From Gemmatimonadota bacterium (lineage in GTDB: Bacteria > Gemmatimonadota > Gemmatimonadetes > Palauibacterales > Palauibacteraceae): a stretch of DNA of 64,000 nt. Made by a program: the position numbers and the translations under genes. Positions within the stretch are counted from its first letter, which is position 1. The number at the start of each line of letters is the position of its first letter. The notes under the pieces were generated by a model, which saw only the letters and a program-made list of their open reading frames with translations, was not told where the DNA came from and did not search any database. Shown in pieces: positions 1 to 9,578 of the stretch. The DNA lies in NCBI GenBank assembly GCA_963666735.1, contig OY762926.1, positions 320,001-384,000 on the forward strand, given 5' to 3'.

Positions 1-395
1 GCGAAGCCCATTGGCTGGTTGAACTCGCCCGGACCTCCGCCCGAGGAGCCGAACTCGCGCACGAAGCGCCCCGCCGCGTCGAACACGAGGACCCTCACAT
101 CCCCGGAACGCATCAGGGTCATCCCCCCGAAGCGCGTCGAACCGGAAGTTCCGTCGAACACGTAGAGGTTCCCTTCGGCGTCGAAGGCTACCCGGCTCAC
201 CTGGCCGAACATCTCCCAGGATTCTCCGTCCAGGACGCCGGCCCGGTAGACCTCCTCGAACTCCGCGTCGATCGGCCGGTCCCGGTCCGCGACTTCGATC
301 ACCTCCTGGGCCGGGAGGAAGGGCACGGCCAAGAGGGAGTTGGCAAGACAGACGATGATCGCCGGAGCGAGACGGCTCAGTCGAGTTTCTTTCAT
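1..395 (-). CDS. Secreted 6-bladed beta-propeller (NHL-like) protein; 5' part only, runs off the window
   Basis: Translated by hand (absent from the ORF track): MKETRLSRLAPAIIVCLANSLLAVPFLPAQEVIEV...VAFDAEGNLYVFD...VLVFDAAGRFVREFGSSGGGPGEFNQP. It has a signal peptide, an NHL-type GxGPGEF motif and a GAGGAG RBS upstream. Confidence 0.8.
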   Translation of the reverse strand, partial: MKETRLSRLAPAIIVCLANSLLAVPFLPAQEVIEVADRDRPIDAEFEEVYRAGVLDGESWEMFGQVSRVAFDAEGNLYVFDGTSGSTRFGGMTLMRSGDVRVLVFDAAGRFVREFGSSGGGPGEFNQPMGF

Positions 396-628
396 TCCGG
401 ATTCTCCTCACGGGTCGCGGGGCTGACGCGTCATGCGTGTGACAGCCCCAGTTTGCCGGTGGTTGCCCGCCGAGTCCCGGGTCTCCGGAGCCATCACGGG
501 CGTGTTGGCACAGCGCTCCGCAGGGACTTCCAACAACCACCCACGGACGGGAACCGCGGGCCGCAGTCATCCATGAAGACAATACGGCCATGCGTCGAAC
601 ATCGGCCAGCTCATAGCCGGCAACGGAG

Positions 629-3600
629 CTATCGGGGCGAGACCCCGGGAAGACCCTCCGGCTCGTCGTCCCACCACCAGAGCGGGGCGAGCGGCCGCTG
701 CCGCGGATAGACCTCGTCGAGCGTGTCGGCGTCGTATAGCCGGCCGTTGAACATCACCTGCTCGATCGCGTTCGTGTGGCGCAGGTCGTCCAGCGGGTTC
801 GCCGTCAGGATCACGAGGTCGGCGAGCTTGCCCGCCTCGATCGAGCCGAGATCCCGGTCGAGCCCGATCGCTTCGGCGCCGAAGATCGTCGCCATGCGCA
901 GCGCGTCGTGCTCGTCCATGTCGCCGGCGGCCATCGCCCACAGCTCCCAGTGGTAGCCGAGCCCCTGCAGCTGGCCGTGGCTCCCCACGCCCGCCTTGCC
1001 GCCCGCGTCGACGAGGTTCCTGACGAACTCTCCGTGCCGCGAGAACACGTGCTGGTCCTCGCGGAACCACTGCGGCCGGCGCAGCGTGCGCGAGTCCACT
1101 TCATCGTGCGGGACGAAGCGGCGCAGCTTGAGATCGTCGTGCGGGTTCTCGCGCGAGTAGAAGTAGTTCTCCGCCCACGGCCCCCCGTACGACACGAGCA
1201 GCGTCGGCGTGTACACCCGACCCGTCTCGGCGAAGAGCCGTACGTAGTCGCCGTACACCGGGAAGATGGGGATGGAGTGCTCGAGCCCCGGATATCCGTC
1301 CACGGTCTCCGTGAGGTTCTGCCGGAGGTTCAATGAACCCTCCGTCGTCGGCATGAGCCCGAGTTCGCGGGCGGCCATGATGATGTGCTGCCGCCCCTTA
1401 CGCGCGGCGGCCACGTACATCTTGATCGTCTTCGTATCGAAGTAGCCGGAGTAGCGGGAGAGGACATCCATCGCCTCCTCCTCCGTGTCGATCCCGTCCT
1501 GCCAGAAGACGCCCGGCCCCGTCGAGTAGACCCGCGGTCCGAGAACGCTCCCGGTGCGCACCATGTCCGCGTAGGAGAGAACCTCCGTGTTCCCGGTCTG
1601 CGGGTCCCGGGTCGTCGTCACTCCGTATGCGAGGTTGGCGAGGTACGGCCACACGTCCGTCCGGTGGAGCCGGTCGCGGGCTCGCAGGTGCGCGTGGGTG
1701 TCGACGTATCCCGGGACGACGGTACGACCGCCGATGTCGAAGACGACGGCATCTTCCGGAACGGCGACGGAACCGCTCGCGCCCACCGCCTCGATCCGGT
1801 TGTTCCGGACCACGATGTCCGCGTTCTCGATGACCTCGTCACCGTTCATCGTGATCGCGCGTCCGCCGCGCAGTACCGCGACGCCCGTCGGGATGTCGCG
1901 CGGCGCCTCGATGAGGATGCGATGCTCCACCGCCCGGTAGCCCTCGTCCTCGTCCTCCTCCTCCTCCTCGTCCTCCTCCTCGGTTTCTTCCTCCTCCTCC
2001 TCCCCGGCTTCGGCCGCCTCGACGCTGTCCTCGTACGCCTGCGCCGCGTCGAGATCGTAGGAGAAGTGGGCGTTGCCGAGCGAGAAGTGCACCGTGCGCC
2101 CGTCGCCGCTCCAAGCGGGGAACTCTCCGCCGATATCGGTGACGCGGCGCGCGGGGAAGGAGGCGTTGTCCGGGTTCGAGACGTTGATCGTCGGTGTCAC
2201 GCCGACGCGGGGCACCGTTACCGTATAGATCTCGCGCTGGACCTCCGCGAGCGCCTGGTCGCCGCGCGGCGCCATCTCGATGGTCGAGGGAGACAGGCCC
2301 TGGGTCGAACCCTGAGGCGTGGGTCCGCGCACCCTCACATGCTCCTTCTCGTCCGTCCCGTCCCATCGAATCGAGACCAGGGCGTCGGGGAAGCGGAAGA
2401 GGTGGATGCGGTCGTTTTCCTCCACGAAATGGGGATTCGCCCGTCCGTCCGTGGGCGCGATCAGCGTCGCCGGCCCGCCGCCGGAGCCGTCCGGGTCCGC
2501 AGACACCCAGATGATCTCGGTGCCCGGAGCGCCGCCCTCTCCCTGCGTCTCGTAGGCTCGGACGAGTCCCCTCACGGCGACGATCCGGTCACCCGGTCCC
2601 CAGGCGGGGGCATAATACGTCGCCGCGTCGCGCGCGAGCCGCACCGGATCCCCGCCGCCGTCCGCGCGCGCCTTGTACAGGTGCCCCTCGGTCCCGTCCC
2701 ACGTCGAGTACGCGATCCACTCGCCGTCCGGCGACCAGGTCGCGAAGTGCTCCGACACGTCCGCGTCCGTGAGGCGCTCGGGGTTCGAACCGTCGGCGCC
2801 CGACACCCAGAGCCGGTCCAGCGCCGTGAAGGCGAGCCGGTCGCCGGAGGGGGAGGGCGCCGCGTCGCGGATCTGGCGCACGGTGAAGGTCGGCGTGTCC
2901 TCGATCGGATAGTCGAAGTCGACCCTTGGCCCCAGCGCGAGGTCGAACCGGACGCGGAAGGGAATCTCCTCCGCGTCCCCCCCCTCGACCGGCAGCTTCC
3001 AGATCTTTCCGCCGTAGGAGGCGACGAGGTGCCGGGAGTCCGGCGTGAACGACATGCCGGGGAGCACGTCCAGCGTGGCGCGCGATTCCTGGTCGTCGTG
3101 CTGGACGGGATAGGCGAGCCAGCGCTCGTCGCCGCTCCCGAGGTCCCGGATCATGAGCCCCGTATGCTCTTCGTGACGGGTCCCGAACACGAGCCAGCGG
3201 CCATCGGGGGAGAGCACGGGCCGGATCGCCGAGCCGTAGCGGGACGACCGCGTATAGCGTTCTCCCGATTCCCGGTCGTACGCCTCGAGCTGGTACTGCG
3301 GAAACTGCGCGTTGTAGGTCCAGTCGCCGGTGCGCCGCGCATACCAGATGTAGCGGCCGTCGGGCGAGACCGCGGCCCCGAGCATCTTCAGGTTGTCGGG
3401 CTCCGATACGAGTTCGATCCCGCTCCCGCCATCCACGTGGAACATCTTGAGCTTCGGCAGTCCGCCCCCGCGGAAGCCGCCCATGGACGCGACGACGTAG
3501 TCCCCGTCCGGCAGCCATTCGGGCGATTCGGCGCGGTTGGCGGAGCCCCGTGAAATCTGCGTCGTGTCGGAGCCATCGAGGGAGCGGATCCAGATGTTCT

Positions 3601-3991
3601 GCCCGCCGTCGTAGTCGGACGTGTAGACGATCCGTGCGCCATCGGGGGAGAAGCGGGGCTGGGCGTCGAAGGCCATCCCCGAAGTGAGCTGGGTCGCCTC
3701 CCCGCCGCCCATGGGGATCGTGAAGAGGTCCCCGAGGTAGTCGAAGACGATCGTCTCGCCGTCCGGGCTCACGTCGAGAGAAATCCAGCTCCCCTCCGTC
3801 ATGTCCATGGGGACAAGGCGATCGACGGGAAGCGGCAGATCCTTGTTCTCGGGCTCCCCGTCTCCGTTCGAGCCCTCCTGAGCGGCCGTACCGCCAGCGA
3901 TCCCGAGCAGGAGTCCGAGGCAGAGCGACGCCGCGGGAATCGCATGTGTCGAAGGTACGGGAAACGAACGCTGTTTCATGGGTAGACGCAT
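629..3991 (-). CDS. Secreted amidohydrolase-family protein with N-terminal PD40/TolB-like beta-propeller repeats
   Basis: Signal peptide, repeated SPDG motifs, then an amidohydrolase domain (PGYVDTHAH, GSHGQLQG, GSIEAGKLADLVIL). Start uncertain (3991 or 3979). Confidence 0.88.
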   Translation of the reverse strand: MRLPMKQRSFPVPSTHAIPAASLCLGLLLGIAGGTAAQEGSNGDGEPENKDLPLPVDRLVPMDMTEGSWISLDVSPDGETIVFDYLGDLFTIPMGGGEATQLTSGMAFDAQPRFSPDGARIVYTSDYDGGQNIWIRSLDGSDTTQISRGSANRAESPEWLPDGDYVVASMGGFRGGGLPKLKMFHVDGGSGIELVSEPDNLKMLGAAVSPDGRYIWYARRTGDWTYNAQFPQYQLEAYDRESGERYTRSSRYGSAIRPVLSPDGRWLVFGTRHEEHTGLMIRDLGSGDERWLAYPVQHDDQESRATLDVLPGMSFTPDSRHLVASYGGKIWKLPVEGGDAEEIPFRVRFDLALGPRVDFDYPIEDTPTFTVRQIRDAAPSPSGDRLAFTALDRLWVSGADGSNPERLTDADVSEHFATWSPDGEWIAYSTWDGTEGHLYKARADGGGDPVRLARDAATYYAPAWGPGDRIVAVRGLVRAYETQGEGGAPGTEIIWVSADPDGSGGGPATLIAPTDGRANPHFVEENDRIHLFRFPDALVSIRWDGTDEKEHVRVRGPTPQGSTQGLSPSTIEMAPRGDQALAEVQREIYTVTVPRVGVTPTINVSNPDNASFPARRVTDIGGEFPAWSGDGRTVHFSLGNAHFSYDLDAAQAYEDSVEAAEAGEEEEEETEEEDEEEEEDEDEGYRAVEHRILIEAPRDIPTGVAVLRGGRAITMNGDEVIENADIVVRNNRIEAVGASGSVAVPEDAVVFDIGGRTVVPGYVDTHAHLRARDRLHRTDVWPYLANLAYGVTTTRDPQTGNTEVLSYADMVRTGSVLGPRVYSTGPGVFWQDGIDTEEEAMDVLSRYSGYFDTKTIKMYVAAARKGRQHIIMAARELGLMPTTEGSLNLRQNLTETVDGYPGLEHSIPIFPVYGDYVRLFAETGRVYTPTLLVSYGGPWAENYFYSRENPHDDLKLRRFVPHDEVDSRTLRRPQWFREDQHVFSRHGEFVRNLVDAGGKAGVGSHGQLQGLGYHWELWAMAAGDMDEHDALRMATIFGAEAIGLDRDLGSIEAGKLADLVILTANPLDDLRHTNAIEQVMFNGRLYDADTLDEVYPRQRPLAPLWWWDDEPEGLPGVSPR

Positions 3992-4033
3992 CGGATGTCC
4001 CGCGGGTTCGGGTGGTACTGCGTGAGGCACGGT

Positions 4034-4069
4034 GTTGCATTCTGTGTCGCATTCTGCGTTCCATTCTGC
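4034..4069. repeat. Three tandem 12-bp direct repeats in a divergent intergenic region
   Basis: GTTGCATTCTGT / GTCGCATTCTGC / GTTCCATTCTGC. Confidence 0.75.
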
Positions 4070-4204
4070 CACGGAACGGTCCCTCCGTCACGACCGCCGC
4101 CGCTTCGGTGTGCCGCAACCTACACGTTGGTGCATCGCCGGGCGCGGAGGCGCGGAAGGGGTTGCGGTTTGCGCCAGGTGGGCGGGCGGCACAGTCTCCC
4201 GGCC

Positions 4205-4795
4205 ATGGTACGTGACACCGCCAATCCATCGGCATCTGCGCCACCGCCGCTCTCCGTGCTCGCCATCGCGGGCAGTTGCCGCCGGCGGTCGTTCAACCGG
4301 GCGCTCCTGCGATCCGCCATCGCGCGGGCGCCGGAAGGTGTCGAGACCCGGGATTTCGATCCCTCCCGGCTGCCGTTCTACGACGGGGACGTGGAGGCTG
4401 CGGGCGATCCCGGCGAGGTCGCGGAATTCAAGGCGGCCGTGCACGCCGCGGACCTGGTGCTGCTCGCGACGCCCGAGTACAACGGAGGTCTGCCGGCCGT
4501 GCTCAAGAACGCCGTGGACTGGGGATCGCGACCACCCCGCCCGCAGGCGTGGGACGCGAAGCCCGTCGCGATCATGGGGGCGACGCCCGGCCGGCTGGGG
4601 ACCGCGCTGGCGCAGCGCTCCCTGCGCGAGTCGCTCGTGGGGCTTAACGCCCACGTGATGCCGCAGCCGCGGATTCTGCTCTCGGGGGCGGGCGCCGTGT
4701 TCGATGAGGATCTCGAGTTGGCGGACGAAACGATCGCCAAGCGTCTCGACAGATTCATGGTCGCCGCCGCAGAATGGGCGCACCGGTTCCGATAG
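4205..4795 (+). CDS. NADPH-dependent FMN reductase (SsuE/ChrR-like)
   Basis: GSCRRRSFN FMN-binding loop and TPEYNGGLPAVLKNAVDW motif. Confidence 0.92.
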   Translation: MVRDTANPSASAPPPLSVLAIAGSCRRRSFNRALLRSAIARAPEGVETRDFDPSRLPFYDGDVEAAGDPGEVAEFKAAVHAADLVLLATPEYNGGLPAVLKNAVDWGSRPPRPQAWDAKPVAIMGATPGRLGTALAQRSLRESLVGLNAHVMPQPRILLSGAGAVFDEDLELADETIAKRLDRFMVAAAEWAHRFR

Positions 4796-4823
4796 ACCTC
4801 TAGGAAGACGGGAGCAAGGGTCC

Positions 4824-5354
4824 TTGTCCGACGCCAATGGTGCGCGCGTCATCTTCGAGAAGCTGGCGGACGGTGTCCGCGTGCCGACACGTGCGACGGA
4901 ACAGTCGGCCGGCTACGACATCCGGGCGCACCTGACGTGCGGCCCCGTACAGGTCCACCGAAGCGCGAACGGCGAGACCATCCCGGTGGACGCAACCCGC
5001 GGCGAGGCGGGTCGGCCGGGGATCATGCTCGAACCCGGCGATCGCGCGCTCGTGCCCACGGGTTTCCGCGCTCGCCTGCCGGACGGTTACGAAGCCCAGA
5101 TTCGGATGCGGTCGTCCCTCGCCTGGAAGCGGGGGCTCACCGTGCCCAACGCGCCCGGCACCGTGGACGCCGACTATCCGGACGAGTGGTTCGTCCTCGT
5201 CCTCAACTCGGCGCCGCACCCCATACGGATCGAACACGGCGAACGGATCGCGCAGGTCGTCCTCCACAAGTACCAGGTCGCGCGCTGGGAGGAGGGGCCG
5301 GTCTCGGTCTCGACGGATCGCGCCGGCGGGCTCGGCAGCACCGGCGAACGATAA
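4824..5354 (+). CDS. dut: dUTP diphosphatase
   Basis: dUTPase motifs SAGYDI, RSSLA, GTVDADY, GERIAQ and RAGGLGSTG. TTG start at 4824 inferred from an upstream GGAG. Confidence 0.93.
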   Translation: MSDANGARVIFEKLADGVRVPTRATEQSAGYDIRAHLTCGPVQVHRSANGETIPVDATRGEAGRPGIMLEPGDRALVPTGFRARLPDGYEAQIRMRSSLAWKRGLTVPNAPGTVDADYPDEWFVLVLNSAPHPIRIEHGERIAQVVLHKYQVARWEEGPVSVSTDRAGGLGSTGER

Positions 5355-5380
5355 CCGGCAAACGGTAAGGAGAAGACACG

Positions 5381-5476
5381 ATGCCCGAACTGCAGGAATG
5401 GCTGCTCGCCATCCCCGTCCTGATCACGCTGCTCGTCATCTTCCTCGTCGAAGTCACAGGCTCGTCCAGGCGCTGA
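5381..5476 (+). CDS. Small 31-aa single-pass membrane protein
   Basis: AAGGAG RBS then ATG; MPELQEWLLAIPVLITLLVIFLVEVTGSSRR*, one hydrophobic helix, host-like GC-ending codons. Confidence 0.6.
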   Translation: MPELQEWLLAIPVLITLLVIFLVEVTGSSRR

Positions 5477-5535
5477 GCGTCCGCGTCGGCGACGAAGCTG
5501 CCGCGAAACCACCGGAACGGCTCCGGATTACCGGA

Positions 5536-6195
5536 TTACCGGAAGGGCTCCGGGTGCGGGCGCTCGACCGGTTCCGTTTCCTCCATCCGGTCGACCTCGA
5601 TCGTGTCCGCGTGCGGGCAGGCGACCGAGCGCGACACCGCCCCCTCGACGATGAGGTGACCCCCGGTCGTCGCGTCTCCCAGGTCGCCGGCAAGCGTGTA
5701 GAAGTACCCGTCCCGGTCCTCGAACGTCACGCAGCCGTTCTCCTGTCCCGCGATCTCGCCCGTGCGCTGAATCCGGCCGTCCTCATCCGTGACGTGGAAC
5801 GGATCGGAGAGCCCTGTGGGTGCGAAGTTGCCGTTGAAGATGATGAAGACGACCGCGCGGTCCCACGTCGCGCCCGCCGGTACGCTCACGGTGGCTCCGA
5901 TTTCCCCGAACTCGCCCTGATCTCCGGTCCCGAGTTCCTCGAAGCCCGTGCCGATGGCTCCCAGGCCGACGACGACCCTCGCCTGCAGGGGGATGTTCTC
6001 GGTGTAGAGGCTGACCTCGGTGCCCGGCGGCCCGATGCGCGGCTCCATCATCTGGATCTGGCGCAGCGAGTCGGGCGTGGCCGGGTTCGGATGCGCCTGG
6101 GCGAATACGGCGCCGGGAGCGCAGAGCAGGATCGCCAGCCCGCCGGCGGCTGAGACGGCGCGGGCGGCAACGGGTCGCTTCGGGAAACGATTCAT
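5536..6195 (-). CDS. Secreted hypothetical protein
   Basis: 219-aa ORF with GGAGG RBS, signal peptide ending VFA-Q and a C-terminal Cys pair. Confidence 0.7.
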   Translation of the reverse strand: MNRFPKRPVAARAVSAAGGLAILLCAPGAVFAQAHPNPATPDSLRQIQMMEPRIGPPGTEVSLYTENIPLQARVVVGLGAIGTGFEELGTGDQGEFGEIGATVSVPAGATWDRAVVFIIFNGNFAPTGLSDPFHVTDEDGRIQRTGEIAGQENGCVTFEDRDGYFYTLAGDLGDATTGGHLIVEGAVSRSVACPHADTIEVDRMEETEPVERPHPEPFR

Positions 6196-6313
6196 GACGG
6201 CCTCCGGGCAGAATCCTCAAGTCCATGCTGCGCCCCCAGCCGCCTCACCCGCAAGCCGAGGCGCTCTCCTGCCCCGCGTGAAGCCGAGGCGTTAGCTTTT
6301 CGTTCCACGGCGC

Positions 6314-6398
6314 GCCGGGGTGGCGAAACTGGTAGACGCATCGGACTTAAAATCCGAAGGGGTCCATCCCCGTGTGGGTTCGAATCCCACCCCCGGCA
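6314..6398 (+). tRNA. tRNA-Leu (anticodon TAA)
   Basis: Acceptor stem GCCGGGG/CCCCGGC, D-arm with GGTAGAC, anticodon arm TCGGA-CTTAAAA-TCCGA, long variable arm, T-loop GGTTCGAATCC; CCA not encoded. Confidence 0.96.
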
Positions 6399-6426
6399 CT
6401 TTGGCCCGCCAAAGGTTCACCAAAGA

Positions 6427-6465
6427 ACAGGGGGTGCGGAGGTCATGACCCTCCGCACCCCCTGT
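6427..6465. terminator. Hairpin terminator between the convergent tRNA and TonB receptor genes
   Basis: Perfect 16-bp stem ACAGGGGGTGCGGAGG / CCTCCGCACCCCCTGT with a 7-nt loop; T-rich tail on the minus strand. Confidence 0.8.
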
Positions 6466-6517
6466 CTGCGGCCGGCCGGCCGGCGCGGCCGCGGCCGTCA
6501 GCCTGATCGCCGACCGG

Positions 6518-9448
6518 CTAGAACGGGCTGAAGTCCCAGCGCATCCGCGCGAGCACCACGCGGCCGATCGCCGGCGCCCCTACCATGCTCTGGTAGGCCT
6601 TGTCGAAGACGTTGGACACGTCCACCTGGAACCAGAGGTCCTCGTACCCGGGGATACGGAAGCCGAAATTCGCGTCCAGCGTGGTGATAGCGTCGAGATC
6701 ACCCACCCACGGGCCGGAGTTGAACGGAAAGCCGTTCTGCGCCCGGAACCGGAGGCCCCCGTTGACTCCTGAATCGTCGTTCCGGTACGTGAGCGACGCG
6801 GTCCCGCGCACCGTCGGCGAATTCAGCGACACCTCGCTCAGGAGTTCGCCTGCGGACTCGAAGGTGTTTCGGTTGATGAAGGAGAGGGATGTGGCCATCT
6901 CCAGTTGATCGCTGAGGAGGAAGCCGGCCCCCAATTCGCCCCCTATCACGTCGAACCCCCCGGCATCCTGGTATCCGGCCACCATCGCCGCGGCGGTGCC
7001 GCCGGCGCTTGTCGGGGTCACGGCCCCCAGCGGAATCTTCGCCGCCTCGGTCGCGATAAGCTGCGCCGTCCCCAAAGCTGCCGCCTCGTTCGGGAACACC
7101 ACGCCGACCAGCTGTTGGAACACTCCCGACAGATATGTCCCCAATTGCGGGCCGTTGAGGAAGACGTGCGGCGAGATCAGCCGGAGAGGCGCGATGTAGC
7201 TGTCGTAGCGCGTGAACCACGCGTTGGCCCCGACGGAAACGTTGTCTCCGAATACTCCCTTGTACCCGAACTCGAACGTGTTGCTGACCGTCGGCCCCAG
7301 CGCCTCGATGTCCTGGAGATTCGCGAGGTCGACGGCCTCGCAGAACGGGGGCGCCACGCAGCCCGGCGGCGGCGCGCCACCGCCGGCGACCTCCGTATCG
7401 AGCAGTAGCGCCAGGATGCCCACCTGGTCCCCCGATGGGACGGGGATCAGAGGCGCCAGCGGAGCCAGCTGCGGATAGGCGACGCCGAGAAGATTCACCG
7501 CCGTGGCCCACAACTGCGCCGTGGTCGTTGGCAGGAACTCACGGGGGCTGCCTCCCAGCAGCACGTTGAACGGCGACATGTGCATGGGGGTCCCGTTCTC
7601 CCGCATGTACGTGTAACCGTTGCCGCCCGAGCCGGTGGCCCGCAGGTCGTAGAAGAACGGCGTGCCCGTGATGGGGACCGTGCCTCCCGAGATGTCCAGG
7701 AACTGGTTCGTGGACGTGGGCGTCGAGAACGCCCGGTTGAAGGTCAGCCGGAACGAGTTCGAAGCGTCCGGCTTGAAGACCAGCGCGGCGCGCGGCGAGA
7801 AGACCGGATCCGTCAGGCTGCTGTTGTAGTCGTACCGAAAGGCACCCGTGAGATCGAGTTTCGGGCTCACCGCCCACTCCCACTGGAGGTAGCCGCCGAT
7901 CTCCGTCGTCTGGTCGTCGTTCTCGAACTGTCCGTTGATGGTCCCCTTGCTGTCCGGGTTCGTCCCGAGGTAGTCGACCCCGTAGATGAGCCGGTGCGCG
8001 GAGCCGAGCCGAGACTGGTGCTGGAGCTGTCCCACGAACAGGGAGGAGTTGTCGAAGATCGGGCGGCCCGAGCGGAGGAGGAAGGCCTCGTCGTTCGTGT
8101 TGTAGTTATAGAACGCCTGCGCGAACAGATCCTTGTGCCGGAGACGCGCCTGCCCGTAGGTGACGCCCCAGTTGGTGACGTTGGATGCACCAAGCCCGGT
8201 GAGTTCCGTCGCCTGGGCGGCGACGTTGCGCCCCGCCGCCAGAACGAGCGATGTCCCCGGCGACGGCTCGAAGTCCATGCGCGCGTCCACTCCCCAGTTC
8301 CTGTGCCCGTCGTCGCGCCCCATCGCCACGTTCCGGGCGGACTGCGCCAGCACGCTCTGATCCGCCGGATTCGTCAGGTCGAGCCCCGAGGCGAACGGCT
8401 GGCACGCGGGGGAGGCCGGATCGAATCCGGCTCCGATGCAGGCTTGTCCCGCGGCCGCCGCCCGCGCCTCGACCAGGTCGTTGAAGACGTACTCGGTCGC
8501 ATCGAAGTACTGGCCCGAGATCTTGAAGCCGAACTTGTCGCTCGGAGCCACCGCGATGCGCCCGTCGAACTGGAACAGCCCCGCGTCTCCACCCTGGATG
8601 GGACCGCTGCCGAGCCCCGCATCGTCGCCCTGCTGACGGAGGCCGCCGCCCACCGAGAAGCTGGCTCCCGGCGAGCGAATCGGCGACTTCGTGATGTAGT
8701 GGACAACGCCGCCCGCCGCGTTCGGTCCGTAGAGGGCCGATCCCGGGCCCAGCACGGTCTCGACGTGATCCGTGTCGAGGTCCGACACCGGGTTCAGGTA
8801 GAAGATGTTCACGCGGAGCGACGGCACGCGCGCGATCCGGTTGTCCGTCATGAACAGCGTGCGGCTGGAGAAGATGTTGTTGAATCCGCGCAATACGGCG
8901 GTGCGGCCGCGGATTCCCGTCCGAGCCACATCCACCCCGGGCTGGTGCTCCACGTGCTCGATCGGAGACGTCACCTGGCGTTCCTCGAGATCGCGCGTCG
9001 AGACGACCTCGACCGCCGCCGGCGCCTCCAGCACCTTCTCGTGCGTGCGGGAGGCGGTGACGGTCAGCGGGTTGAGTTCGAACGACTGTTGCGTCATGGT
9101 CGCCGACACGAACGTCAGCGCGTCGGCCGGAACGGACCGCGCCTCCGCGATCACCCTCTCCCAGCCGGGGGAGGTGAAGCGGACCGAAAACGTCCCGGCC
9201 GGCACGCCGGTGATCTCGTACTCCCCCCCAGGCCCCGTTATTGCCCCCGCCACGACCGCGCCGCCCTCGCCCAGCACTTCGACCCGCACGGCGGCCAGCG
9301 TCGCACCCGTCGCCTCGTCCGTCACCAACCCGGCGATCCGGCCCTGGGCCCACGCGGCGCCCGGGAGTGCCCCGAACGCGATGATCGCCGCCGGAAGAAG
9401 GGTTCCCCACCTGATCTTGTGACCGAAACGAACTCCGAATCCCGTCAT
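6518..9448 (-). CDS. TonB-dependent receptor with N-terminal carboxypeptidase-regulatory-like domain
   Basis: Signal peptide, plug motif GPGSALYGPNAAGGVVHYITK, barrel motifs (FSPRAALVF, NVFDKAY), C-terminal Phe; GGGAGG RBS before the ATG at 9448. Confidence 0.92.
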   Translation of the reverse strand: MTGFGVRFGHKIRWGTLLPAAIIAFGALPGAAWAQGRIAGLVTDEATGATLAAVRVEVLGEGGAVVAGAITGPGGEYEITGVPAGTFSVRFTSPGWERVIAEARSVPADALTFVSATMTQQSFELNPLTVTASRTHEKVLEAPAAVEVVSTRDLEERQVTSPIEHVEHQPGVDVARTGIRGRTAVLRGFNNIFSSRTLFMTDNRIARVPSLRVNIFYLNPVSDLDTDHVETVLGPGSALYGPNAAGGVVHYITKSPIRSPGASFSVGGGLRQQGDDAGLGSGPIQGGDAGLFQFDGRIAVAPSDKFGFKISGQYFDATEYVFNDLVEARAAAAGQACIGAGFDPASPACQPFASGLDLTNPADQSVLAQSARNVAMGRDDGHRNWGVDARMDFEPSPGTSLVLAAGRNVAAQATELTGLGASNVTNWGVTYGQARLRHKDLFAQAFYNYNTNDEAFLLRSGRPIFDNSSLFVGQLQHQSRLGSAHRLIYGVDYLGTNPDSKGTINGQFENDDQTTEIGGYLQWEWAVSPKLDLTGAFRYDYNSSLTDPVFSPRAALVFKPDASNSFRLTFNRAFSTPTSTNQFLDISGGTVPITGTPFFYDLRATGSGGNGYTYMRENGTPMHMSPFNVLLGGSPREFLPTTTAQLWATAVNLLGVAYPQLAPLAPLIPVPSGDQVGILALLLDTEVAGGGAPPPGCVAPPFCEAVDLANLQDIEALGPTVSNTFEFGYKGVFGDNVSVGANAWFTRYDSYIAPLRLISPHVFLNGPQLGTYLSGVFQQLVGVVFPNEAAALGTAQLIATEAAKIPLGAVTPTSAGGTAAAMVAGYQDAGGFDVIGGELGAGFLLSDQLEMATSLSFINRNTFESAGELLSEVSLNSPTVRGTASLTYRNDDSGVNGGLRFRAQNGFPFNSGPWVGDLDAITTLDANFGFRIPGYEDLWFQVDVSNVFDKAYQSMVGAPAIGRVVLARMRWDFSPF

Positions 9449-9578
9449 CGCGAACGCCTCCCGCGTCTCGGTTGAACCTGCCGGCATCCCTCGGTTACAC
9501 GTTAAGCCGAACCCCGGTTTCTGTCAGCTTGGACTCGGGCGCGCACGGGCCGCCCACCGCCTCGGAGCACCCGGCTCC

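Noticed and set aside
1385..3553. Long opposite-strand ORFs (e.g. 1385-3553, 7580-9475, 9741-11669, 30033-32264, 42120-44216, 50710-53586, 54157-57093)
   Set aside because: These are shadow frames of well-supported genes, expected in high-GC DNA. They are Arg/Pro-rich and lack recognisable motifs.
6370..6420. tRNA 3' end as an integration site
   Set aside because: No integrase nearby and no second copy of the tRNA 3' end was seen in the window.
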